In this document: positions 1-7,170 of the stretch, one piece after another | Numbering within the stretch: the first letter of the stretch is position 1 | Layout: each line of letters begins with the position of its first letter | Assembly (NCBI GenBank): GCA_963558185.1 | Contig: CAUWFE010000002.1 | Coordinates: forward strand, 24,460 to 88,459 | Reading direction: 5' to 3' | DNA length: 64,000 nt | Source of the DNA: an uncultured Clostridia bacterium | GTDB taxonomy: Bacteria > Bacillota > Clostridia > TANB77 > CAG-508 | Notes under the pieces: model-generated | Database searches by the model: none | What the model saw: only the letters and a program-made list of their open reading frames with translations | Told to the model about the DNA's origin: nothing | Made by a program: the position numbers and the translations under genes

Positions 1-3000
1 AAAGAGCAAAAACAAGCAATTTATGAAAAAGGTGAAAATATTTTAGTAGCAGCAGCTGCTGGTAGTGGAAAAACAGCAGTTTTGGTAGAAAGAATAATAA
101 AAAAGGTAATAGAAGAAGAAATAGATATTGACAAAATTTTAGTAGTAACATTTACAAATGCTGCGGCAAGTGAAATGAGACAAAGAATCTTAGAAGCAAT
201 TTATAAAAAAATAGAAGAAGATCCTATAAATATAAGATTACAAAGACAAATAACATTACTAAATAGAGCAAGTATTTGTACAATTCATGCATTTTGCTTA
301 GATATAATTCGAAATAATTTTTATGAAATAGATACTTCAGCAAATTTTCGTATTGGAGATACAGCAGAAATTGAACTATTAAAACAAGAAGTTATGGAAG
401 AAATATTTGAAGAAAAATATGAACAAGAAGATGAAAAATTTATTAATCTTATTAATTTATATACAAAATATAGAGATGACACTTCTTTAAAAGAATTAAT
501 TTTTAAAATGTATAATTTTATCCAAAGTATGCCATTTCCTGAAGAATGGCTTGAAGAAAAAATTGAAGAATTTAATATTAAAAATGATAATGATTTTGCA
601 CAAACAAACTGGGGAAAAGTATTAATTAATGAAGTGAAAGAAAATATAGAAGAAGGAATAACAAGACTTATTACAGTAAAAAGAAAAATGCAAAAATGGT
701 TACCTGAAATGGAAAAATTTTATATAGCTATTTGTAGAGATATAGAAATGTTAGAAGAGGCAAAAGAAGGCTTTAACAATAAAAATTGGGATGCTATTTA
801 TCAAAACTTATCAAATATCAAATTTGAAAGATGGCCAACTGACAAAAAGTGTGAAGTAGAATATAAAGCAGAAGCAAAAGAAATAAGAGATATAGTAAGT
901 AAAAAAATAAAAGAGAATATCAGTGAATATTTTATATATAATAATGAACAAATAAAAGAAAATTTAAACTATATGTATTATGTTTTAAAAAATATGCAAG
1001 AATTAATAATATCTTTTTCAAATAGATTTGCAAAAGTAAAAAAAGAAAGAAATTTAATAGACTTTAATGATATAGAGCATTTTGCATTAAAAATTTGTGT
1101 AAAAAAAGAATATGGAAAAATAGTTCCAACAGAAGCAGCAAAAAAAATACAACAAAAATTTGAAGAAATTTTAATAGATGAATACCAAGACAGTAATGAT
1201 GTACAAGAAAATATTTTAAAAAGTATATCCAAAGGAAATAACATATTTATGGTAGGAGATGTAAAACAAAGTATTTATAAATTTAGACAAGCAAAGCCGG
1301 AATTATTTTTACAAAAATATGAAACATATACAAAAGAAAAACAAGTAGGTAATGGAGTAAAAATACAATTATTTAAAAACTTTAGAAGTAGAGAATCTGT
1401 ATTAGATATTACAAATTTAATATTTGAAAATATAATGAAAAAAGATATTGGGGGAATAGAATATACAAAAGAAGAATTTTTAAATTTAGGTGCTGATTAT
1501 AAAAAGCCAGAAGAAGAAATAAACTATGCAGGGAATCCAGAATTACATATCATCGATTTAAAAGAAGATGATGATAGTGATGAAATAGAAACAGAAGAAT
1601 TAGTTGATAATAGTCAGATAGAAGCAAAATTTGTTGTAAGTAAAATACAAGAATTATTAAATAGTGATTATAAAGTATATGATAGAAAGCTAAAAAAATA
1701 TCGTAATGTACATAATAAAGATATTGTAATATTATTGCGCTCAACATCAATATTAGCACCAGTATACGAAAAAGAACTAGAAGAAAAAGGAATAGCAGTA
1801 TTTAGTGATACTTCTAGTGAATATTTAGATTCTATTGAAATACAAACAATAATGTCATTATTAAAAATAATTGATAATCCTATGCAAGATATACCTTTAG
1901 TAACAGTATTAAAATCAGCAATTGCAAATTTTACAGATAATGAATTAGTACAAATTAGATTAGTAGAAAAAAATGAAAACTTTTTCACAGCAATGTTAAA
2001 GGCTAGAAACTCTGTAGAAGTAAATCTTGCTAACAAAATTAATAACTTTTTAGAAAATTTAGAAAAATGGAAAAAAATGCTTGAATATAAAACTTTAGAT
2101 GAACTAATATGGCAAATATATTCAGATACAAATTATTATAATTATGTAGGCTTATTAAATAATGGAAAGCTAAAACAAGCCAATTTAAAAATGTTATTTG
2201 AAAAGGCTAAACAATATGAACAAGCAAGTTTTAAAGGCTTATTTCAATTTATAAATTTTATAGACAAACTAAAAACAAATAGTGGAGATATGCAGTCTGC
2301 AAAAATCATAGGAGAAAATGAAGATGTTGTTAGAATAATGAGTATTCATAAAAGTAAGGGGCTTGAATTTCCAATAGTATTTTTATGCGCAACAAATAAA
2401 AAATTCAATATGCAAGATTTAAACCAAAAAATATTGCTACATGAAAAATTAGGAATTGGTCCAAACTATATTGGAAGTGAATTACCAATAGAATATCCAA
2501 CACTTGCAAAAGAAGCTCTTAAAATACAAGCAAAAATGGAAACAATAGCAGAAGAAATGAGAATCTTATATGTAGCATTAACTAGAGCAAAAGAAAAGTT
2601 ATTTATTACAGGAATAGATAAAGATTTGCAAAAATCTTGGAAAGATAAACAAGCATTATTAGATATGTATACTACAGACACAATACCTTCAAACTTAATA
2701 AAAAAATATACATCTTATTTAGACTGGATAGAACTTGTATATTGTAAAAATAAAGGAAATATAGAATTAATAGAACATAAAGTTAAAGAGCTTAATATAG
2801 AAGAACAAAAAGAAGAACAAAATAACATATTAGAAAAACTAGAAAAAATTAATATAGATAAAGTGGAACAAGAAAATATAAAAGAAAAATTACAATTTGA
2901 ATATCCATATAAAGAATCTACAATACTTCCAACCCAGCTTGCTGTTACAGATATAAAAAAATCATTATTAAATGTAGAACAAAAAATAGAATTAACAACT

Positions 3001-3552
3001 CCAAAATTCATGTTAGAAGAGAATAAACTTACACAGGCGCAAAAGGGAACATTAATTCATTTATGTATACAAAAAATGCAAGAAAATAAAATATATAGCA
3101 TACAAGATATAAAAGATATGATTAACCATCTTGTAAAAGATAAGATAATATTAAAAAATGAGGCAGAACAAATAAATCCTCAAATATTATATAAATATAC
3201 AAAATCTACATTGTGGAATAAATTGAAAATAGCACAAGAAATACATAAGGAAGAACCTTTTTACATCAGCAAAAGTGCAAAAGAAATATATGGAATAGAA
3301 AATAATGATGATGAAATTATAATTCAAGGAATTATTGACTTATATTATAGAAATGAAGAGGGAAAAATAGTATTAGTAGACTATAAAACAGATTATGTAG
3401 AAGAGGGACAGGAAGAAAAATTAATTAAAAAATATAAAGAACAACTATATATGTATAAAGATGCATTAGAACAGTCTTTACAAGAAAACGTAAGTGAAAT
3501 TATACTATATTCGGTATATGTACAAAAGGAAATTAATATACCAATTATATAA
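1..3552 (+). CDS. addA: ATP-dependent helicase/nuclease subunit A (AddA), 5'-truncated by the window edge
   Basis: Frame 1 is open from base 1 (KEQKQAIYEKGENILVAAAAGSGKTAVLVERI), so the track Met at 82 is internal. It has a UvrD-type Walker A (GSGKT), helicase motif II (IDEYQDSN), and a C-terminal RecB-type nuclease motif (GIIDLYY...LVDYKTD). Confidence 0.9.
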   Translation, partial: KEQKQAIYEKGENILVAAAAGSGKTAVLVERIIKKVIEEEIDIDKILVVTFTNAAASEMRQRILEAIYKKIEEDPINIRLQRQITLLNRASICTIHAFCLDIIRNNFYEIDTSANFRIGDTAEIELLKQEVMEEIFEEKYEQEDEKFINLINLYTKYRDDTSLKELIFKMYNFIQSMPFPEEWLEEKIEEFNIKNDNDFAQTNWGKVLINEVKENIEEGITRLITVKRKMQKWLPEMEKFYIAICRDIEMLEEAKEGFNNKNWDAIYQNLSNIKFERWPTDKKCEVEYKAEAKEIRDIVSKKIKENISEYFIYNNEQIKENLNYMYYVLKNMQELIISFSNRFAKVKKERNLIDFNDIEHFALKICVKKEYGKIVPTEAAKKIQQKFEEILIDEYQDSNDVQENILKSISKGNNIFMVGDVKQSIYKFRQAKPELFLQKYETYTKEKQVGNGVKIQLFKNFRSRESVLDITNLIFENIMKKDIGGIEYTKEEFLNLGADYKKPEEEINYAGNPELHIIDLKEDDDSDEIETEELVDNSQIEAKFVVSKIQELLNSDYKVYDRKLKKYRNVHNKDIVILLRSTSILAPVYEKELEEKGIAVFSDTSSEYLDSIEIQTIMSLLKIIDNPMQDIPLVTVLKSAIANFTDNELVQIRLVEKNENFFTAMLKARNSVEVNLANKINNFLENLEKWKKMLEYKTLDELIWQIYSDTNYYNYVGLLNNGKLKQANLKMLFEKAKQYEQASFKGLFQFINFIDKLKTNSGDMQSAKIIGENEDVVRIMSIHKSKGLEFPIVFLCATNKKFNMQDLNQKILLHEKLGIGPNYIGSELPIEYPTLAKEALKIQAKMETIAEEMRILYVALTRAKEKLFITGIDKDLQKSWKDKQALLDMYTTDTIPSNLIKKYTSYLDWIELVYCKNKGNIELIEHKVKELNIEEQKEEQNNILEKLEKINIDKVEQENIKEKLQFEYPYKESTILPTQLAVTDIKKSLLNVEQKIELTTPKFMLEENKLTQAQKGTLIHLCIQKMQENKIYSIQDIKDMINHLVKDKIILKNEAEQINPQILYKYTKSTLWNKLKIAQEIHKEEPFYISKSAKEIYGIENNDDEIIIQGIIDLYYRNEEGKIVLVDYKTDYVEEGQEEKLIKKYKEQLYMYKDALEQSLQENVSEIILYSVYVQKEINIPII

Positions 3553-3568
3553 AGAAAGGAAGATAATA

Positions 3569-3805
3569 TTGAGAATAGATAAATTTTTAAAAGTATCAAG
3601 AGTAATAAAAAGAAGAACAATTGCAAACGAAGCAGCAGATGGAGGCAGAGTAATTGTAAATGGAAAAGTAGTTAAACCAAGCTATGAAGTAAAAGTGGGA
3701 GATATAGTAGAAATAAAATTTGGGGATAAAATTTCAAAATTTGAAATTATACAAATACCAAAATTACAAAATCAAAATCAAGAAGAACTAATAAAAATAT
3801 TGTAA
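3569..3805 (+). CDS. rqcP: S4-domain RNA-binding protein (YabO/RqcP, Hsp15-like)
   Basis: LRIDKFLKVSRVIKRRTIANEAADGGRVIVNGKVVKPS closely matches my recollection of the B. subtilis YabO N-terminus. I place the start at TTG 3569, with RBS AAGGAAG at 3557-3563. The track start at 3494 lies inside addA. Confidence 0.85.
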   Translation: MRIDKFLKVSRVIKRRTIANEAADGGRVIVNGKVVKPSYEVKVGDIVEIKFGDKISKFEIIQIPKLQNQNQEELIKIL

Positions 3806-3849
3806 ATGTAATAAAAATGTAATAAAAATGTAATACAATTGTTAAACTA
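3806..3849. repeat. Tandem 11-bp phased repeat ATGTAATAAAA (two perfect copies, then ATGTAATACAA and TTGTTAAACTA)
   Basis: Read directly. Units are 3806-3816, 3817-3827, 3828-3838 and 3839-3849, and the array starts right after the rqcP stop codon. A sister array lies at 33942-33985. Confidence 0.8.
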
Positions 3850-3914
3850 GTGTGATATACTACAAAAGTATTATTAAAAATATGGAAAATTTGTAAGGAG
3901 TTATATTTTGCATT

Positions 3915-4748
3915 ATGAATGGGGAAAATAAAATGATAGAAAATTTAGAAAAGTGTGAAAATAATAGTTTAGAAAAAAAGAATATATTTGAAGAAAGATT
4001 ATCAAAATTAAAAAATATACAAGAAGCAATAGAGTTAGATGATGACGTAAAAGAAGCAGTAAAAAAACAAGAAGTAGATGAGAATTACATCAAATATATT
4101 AGAAACTCTATTGAAGATAAATTATTTTGCAATATAAATTTTGATAAAATAAGTACAAAAGTATTAATTGAGAAATTATGCCCAGAGATAATAAAAAGAC
4201 TGCAAGATGTGCAAAATATTAACCTAGATCAATTAAATATAGAGAATGTAGGAGAACATTTTGAAAATCAAATTCATTACTTAGACAAAATTTGTGTATA
4301 TGGAAATAGTTTTGTTTGTTTATTTGGTATTAATGATCAAAATTTAGATGATGCAATCGTATATGAAAAAAGAAAATTTTCTAGAGAAGATAGAATAGAA
4401 GCAGTTCAGTCAAAATATGAAATAGGCAAAAAAATAGAATTAGAACAATATGATGAATATTATTTAGGAATTGAACCAGATAGAATAAAAGTATTTTCAG
4501 AAAGAAAAATGTTAGCATTAGCTCCTATTGAAGAAACACCATTTGATAAGATAAAAAATAGATTATCTAAAATTTTTAATTTAAATATGTTCACACATAA
4601 AAAGAAAATATTGCCACATTTAGATTTAGTATATGATACAAATCCGAATCGTTGGAAGAACTTTGAAAGTAATAGTAAAACAGATGCAAAAATTAGAATG
4701 AAATTTTTACTTGCTAAAGAAAGAGAACAAGTAAAAAATGAACTTTAA
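3915..4748 (+). CDS. hypothetical protein (277 aa, no recognisable domain)
   Basis: Long ORF with AGGAG upstream (3896-3900). ATG 3933 is an alternative start. I recognise no motifs. Confidence 0.55.
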   Translation: MNGENKMIENLEKCENNSLEKKNIFEERLSKLKNIQEAIELDDDVKEAVKKQEVDENYIKYIRNSIEDKLFCNINFDKISTKVLIEKLCPEIIKRLQDVQNINLDQLNIENVGEHFENQIHYLDKICVYGNSFVCLFGINDQNLDDAIVYEKRKFSREDRIEAVQSKYEIGKKIELEQYDEYYLGIEPDRIKVFSERKMLALAPIEETPFDKIKNRLSKIFNLNMFTHKKKILPHLDLVYDTNPNRWKNFESNSKTDAKIRMKFLLAKEREQVKNEL

Positions 4749-4797
4749 ATATGTGTTATATAGGTAAAAGTTAAAAAAACGCATCATAAAAAACTCA

Positions 4798-4823
4798 AGG
4801 GTAATATTTTATGAAATTACCCT
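4798..4823. terminator. Stem-loop AGGGTAAT / ATTACCCT after the 277-aa ORF (orientation ambiguous)
   Basis: An 8-bp stem (4798-4805 with 4816-4823). The T-run lies on the minus-strand side (the A-run at 4773-4793 on the plus strand), and there is no T-run downstream on the plus strand. Confidence 0.4.
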
Positions 4824-4832
4824 GAAAATGTA

Positions 4833-4862
4833 TTGACTTTTGTTAATAAAAAAGGTTATAAT
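4833..4862 (+). promoter_or_regulatory. Sigma-A type promoter for the repeat RNA
   Basis: TTGACT (4833-4838), an 18-nt spacer, then TATAAT (4857-4862). Confidence 0.65.
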
Positions 4863-4902
4863 GAATATAATAATAGAGATACATGATGTATCTTGTCCAA
4901 AC

Positions 4903-5007
4903 CAAATGTTAACCGCCACCCTGTTGGCGAAATATAAATGCACAGGTGAGCAAATGTTACTCGCAACCCTACTTGCGACCAATAAATGCGTAGGTGGACA
5001 AATGTTA
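4903..5007 (+). repeat. 48-nt direct repeats (2 full units plus a 9-nt start of a third)
   Basis: R1 is CAAATGTTAACCGCCACCCTGTTGGCGAAATATAAATGCACAGGTGAG. R2 is CAAATGTTACTCGCAACCCTACTTGCGACCAATAAATGCGTAGGTGGA. By manual alignment 35 of 48 positions are identical. Confidence 0.9.
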
Positions 5008-5010
5008 ATA

Positions 5011-5042
5011 AAAATCTACCTTTTAGGAGGTAGATTTTTTAT
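5011..5042 (+). terminator. Intrinsic terminator (usable in both directions)
   Basis: Stem ATCTACCT/AGGTAGAT (5014-5035), flanked by an A-run upstream and TTTTTTATT downstream. Confidence 0.8.
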
Positions 5043-5072
5043 TCGTTACCACTGGAAAAAGCTAACAATTTG

Positions 5073-5101
5073 TTGACATAATATCAAATGAATGGTATAA
5101 T
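5073..5101 (+). promoter_or_regulatory. Consensus sigma-A promoter for the 243-aa ORF
   Basis: TTGACA (5073-5078), a 17-nt spacer, then TATAAT (5096-5101). Confidence 0.7.
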
Positions 5102-5167
5102 GTAATAGTACGTTGTTAAATACAACTTGTAGTTTAATTTACTTTTAAATTAAGGAGGAAAAAACAA

Positions 5168-5899
5168 ATGAAAGAGAACATGGAGTATTTTTTTGAAGGA
5201 TTAGAAGAACTGAAAGCCACTGTGCCAGAATTGTATGCACGGTATTCCCACAATAATTTGTTAATTGAACAAATTAATTACGGAGAAAATAAAAGATGGC
5301 TGGTTACCTATGTAAAAAAAGATGGTGACATGGAAAGAGAATATGTTTCTTTAAATGATGGTGTATACCCGGTATTAAAGCTGATTGCAAATGCTCTTTT
5401 AGATACAATGGCAGAAAACAGAGAAGCTTTAAAGCATACTGAAACAGGACAAAACATAACAGGGGAGTACATACTAAGACAAACAATTTTAAGATTCATA
5501 ACCAGAAATTTTATGTTACAGAAATACGAAGAATTAAATACTGAAGGTAGAGATACAGTTAAACAGCTGATGTCAGATGTAAAAAAGCTTAAAGAAAGCA
5601 GTTTACAAAAGGTAAAGACAAAAGAGGCAAAACAAATTGTATCTATCCTAGATATGGATGATTCAAAAGAGTATATTATAACATGGAAATTAAAGCAGAA
5701 AACAACAGGAGGAATCGAATATATCACAGCTGAAAACAGTATAGTAACCAAAACAGATCTGTTTATAGTAGTGTCCTATTGTCACGAAATGCTCCGAATG
5801 CTTCGGAAAAAAATGAAAAGATTTAATGAAAATGATGATTTCTACAAAGATGCTATTTTCTTAATAGAAAAAATTGAAAATTTCGAAGCAACATTATAA
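5168..5899 (+). CDS. hypothetical protein (243 aa), orphan
   Basis: Strong RBS AAGGAGG seven nt upstream of the ATG. The coding sequence is visibly richer in G/C than its neighbours. No motif recognised. Confidence 0.65.
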   Translation: MKENMEYFFEGLEELKATVPELYARYSHNNLLIEQINYGENKRWLVTYVKKDGDMEREYVSLNDGVYPVLKLIANALLDTMAENREALKHTETGQNITGEYILRQTILRFITRNFMLQKYEELNTEGRDTVKQLMSDVKKLKESSLQKVKTKEAKQIVSILDMDDSKEYIITWKLKQKTTGGIEYITAENSIVTKTDLFIVVSYCHEMLRMLRKKMKRFNENDDFYKDAIFLIEKIENFEATL

Positions 5900-5940
5900 A
5901 ATCATAATAGTATGTGAATATGCTAGTTATGATTAAAAAT

Positions 5941-5984
5941 GGAAAATGTAGCTATATTATAGCTGCATTTTCCTTTCGTGTTTG
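5941..5984 (+). terminator. Intrinsic terminator after the 243-aa ORF
   Basis: A 15-bp stem, GGAAAATGTAGCTAT / ATAGCTGCATTTTCC (one G-U pair), followed by TTTCGTGTTT. Confidence 0.75.
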
Positions 5985-6010
5985 CAAAAAATGTAAAAAT
6001 ATGTTAGAAT
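5982..6010 (+). promoter_or_regulatory. Sigma-A type promoter for the 75-aa ORF
   Basis: TTGCAA (5982-5987), a 17-nt spacer, then TAGAAT (6005-6010). Confidence 0.55.
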
Positions 6011-6057
6011 TAAAATGTAACTTGCAAATAGCAGTAAAATACAAGGAGGCAAAAGCA

Positions 6058-6285
6058 ATGGAATTCAACGAGGCAAGAACTATATTGAGAGAGGGAGAAA
6101 TTTCTTTATTAGAACAAACTATTAAAGAAAAATTTGGAGAAACACGGAGTAAAATAGAATTTATACCAGTGTTTTCGGGTTTACTATCAATTATTTCTTC
6201 ACAGATGCCATCGATGGTTCGTGTAAATGAACATATGGCAATGACTAAAATCTCAGAAAGAATAAAAGTATTGTATTGCCAGTAA
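6058..6285 (+). CDS. hypothetical small protein (75 aa)
   Basis: RBS AAGGAGG lies 7 nt upstream of ATG 6058 (MEFNEARTILREGE...). The track start at 5914 covers the upstream terminator and promoter, so it is unlikely to be real. Confidence 0.55.
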   Translation: MEFNEARTILREGEISLLEQTIKEKFGETRSKIEFIPVFSGLLSIISSQMPSMVRVNEHMAMTKISERIKVLYCQ

Positions 6286-6295
6286 AACGAGTTAA

Positions 6296-6320
6296 TAGAG
6301 GGCTACAATGTAGCCCTCTA
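6296..6320 (+). terminator. GC-rich hairpin after the 75-aa ORF
   Basis: TAGAGGGCTAC-AAT-GTAGCCCTCTA. No clear T-run follows. Confidence 0.5.
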
Positions 6321-6414
6321 ATATAAATGTGCCTAAAATTTCTACCTTAATTTAAGAACAAAAATATATGTAATTTACACGTATATTAAAAAGCCAATTG
6401 GTAAGGAGGAAATT

Positions 6415-6615
6415 ATGCAAAAATCTTTAGACGAACGAGTAAAATCTTTTGCTACAACATCAAGCTTTGTAGAACATTCTGAAAGTAATATTTCAAATAT
6501 TACTAGAGCAGATATTGTTGAATTAAATAGGATAATTGAACCAAAAATTAAACAAAATACAGCTGAAAGAGTAAAAAGTTATGTAGCAATGAAAGATATA
6601 ATAGTCAAAAATTAA
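6415..6615 (+). CDS. hypothetical small protein (66 aa)
   Basis: RBS TAAGGAGG upstream of the ATG. A GAAGGG...CCCTTC hairpin follows the stop codon. Confidence 0.55.
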   Translation: MQKSLDERVKSFATTSSFVEHSESNISNITRADIVELNRIIEPKIKQNTAERVKSYVAMKDIIVKN

Positions 6616-6652
6616 AATTAGGAAGGGTCTTAGAATAGGCCCCTTCTTAATA

Positions 6653-6734
6653 TTACAATTCTAATTTAGGTTTATAGATTTCAAGCCACATATTAACCTG
6701 ACAAAGATATGCCATAAGCTGAGGACCAGTCATT
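6653..6734 (-). pseudogene. Detached duplicate of the asnB 3' end (last ~27 codons)
   Basis: The minus-strand translation is MTGPQLMAYLCQVNMWLEIYKPKLEL*. The intact gene ends LMTGPQLMAYLCQVNMWLERYQPKIEL* (8329-8410). Confidence 0.85.
6679..6734. repeat. 56-bp perfect direct repeat, copy A (att-like)
   Basis: TTTCAAGCCACATATTAACCTGACAAAGATATGCCATAAGCTGAGGACCAGTCATT is identical to 8355-8410 by manual comparison. Confidence 0.9.
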
Positions 6735-7036
6735 GGATGTCAGAAATTGAAACGAGGCTATATAAAGTAGAGCGAGTAAGAAAATTCAAAAAGTATAAAT
6801 ATTACATTTTTATAAAATTAATATATTTAGTGTGATTACCTAAAATAAATTATAAAAGGAAGAAATGATGATAAGTAAAAATAACGAAAATGAAAATATA
6901 AAAAAGAAATCAAAAGATAATTATAAAGTTATTCGTACATTTAATAAAAATGCACCAAGTTTTCAATGAGTTATGGAAAAGATACTTTTTATGAAATTAA
7001 ATGATTTAGAAAAAAATAAATAAAAGAAAAAAACAC

Positions 7037-7065
7037 TTGACAAATAAAAACAAGTGTTCTATAAT
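7037..7065 (+). promoter_or_regulatory. Consensus sigma-A promoter overlapped by an inverted repeat
   Basis: TTGACA (7037-7042), a 17-nt spacer, then TATAAT (7060-7065). The inverted repeat ACACTTG-N11-CAAGTGT (7032-7056) spans the -35 element and the spacer. Confidence 0.65.
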
Positions 7066-7170
7066 TAGCGTACGGTAATATCATACAAATTGTAATAAAT
7101 GTAGTAAAAATAGAATAATAAATCATCTAAATATGTTATTATGAGTTATATTACAAGGAAAGTGATAGTT

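Larger units (their letters stand above)
4869..5042 (+). ncRNA. Unclassified small RNA: 5' hairpin, two full 48-nt pseudoknot repeats, a third repeat start, and an intrinsic terminator
   Basis: The unit is bounded by a promoter (4833-4862) and a terminator (5011-5042). The 5' hairpin is AGATACA/TGTATCT (4877-4893). The repeats are 4903-4950 and 4951-4998, and the 9-nt repeat head CAAATGTTA recurs at 4999. Covariation supports the structure (see findings). The 78-aa track ORF here (4840-5076) has no RBS and spans the promoter and terminator. Confidence 0.7.

Noticed and set aside
978-3626. Numerous 60-120-aa minus-strand ORFs inside addA. The same kind occurs inside polC, the GT genes, glmM and others.
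   Set aside because: They are antisense to long genes with clear conserved motifs and appear to be artefacts of AT-rich codon composition.
4903-5007. The tandem 48-nt repeats as a preQ1-I-type or other known small pseudoknot riboswitch, or as a CRISPR array.
   Set aside because: The loop is only 6 nt and lacks the conserved preQ1-I loop and tail sequences as I recall them. I saw no guanidine, SAM-II or fluoride signature motifs either. It is not a CRISPR array because the units are contiguous with no unique spacers and there are only about two copies. A cmscan is still needed to be sure.
4840-5076. 78-aa ORF from the track covering the repeat RNA.
   Set aside because: It has no RBS. It starts inside the promoter spacer and runs through the terminator hairpin. 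Its repetitive 'protein' simply mirrors the 48-nt RNA repeats, and the covariation preserves base pairing rather than codons.
4798-5170. An antisense (minus-strand) transcript across the repeat RNA. The hairpin at 4798-4823 has its T-run on the minus-strand side, which suggested this.
   Set aside because: I found no convincing -35/-10 pair on the minus strand between 4825 and 5170. The hairpin may simply be a poor plus-strand terminator for the 277-aa gene.
6866-7023. Small ORF with an in-frame TGA (MMISKNNENENIKKKSKDNYKVIRTFNKNAPSFQ*VMEKILFMKLNDLEKNK), considered as recoding, selenocysteine or an alternative genetic code.
   Set aside because: Other genes in the window clearly use TGA as a stop (for example 8119-8121). 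No SECIS-like hairpin follows. The ORF lies in a degraded integration scar, so a nonsense-mutated remnant is the simplest explanation.
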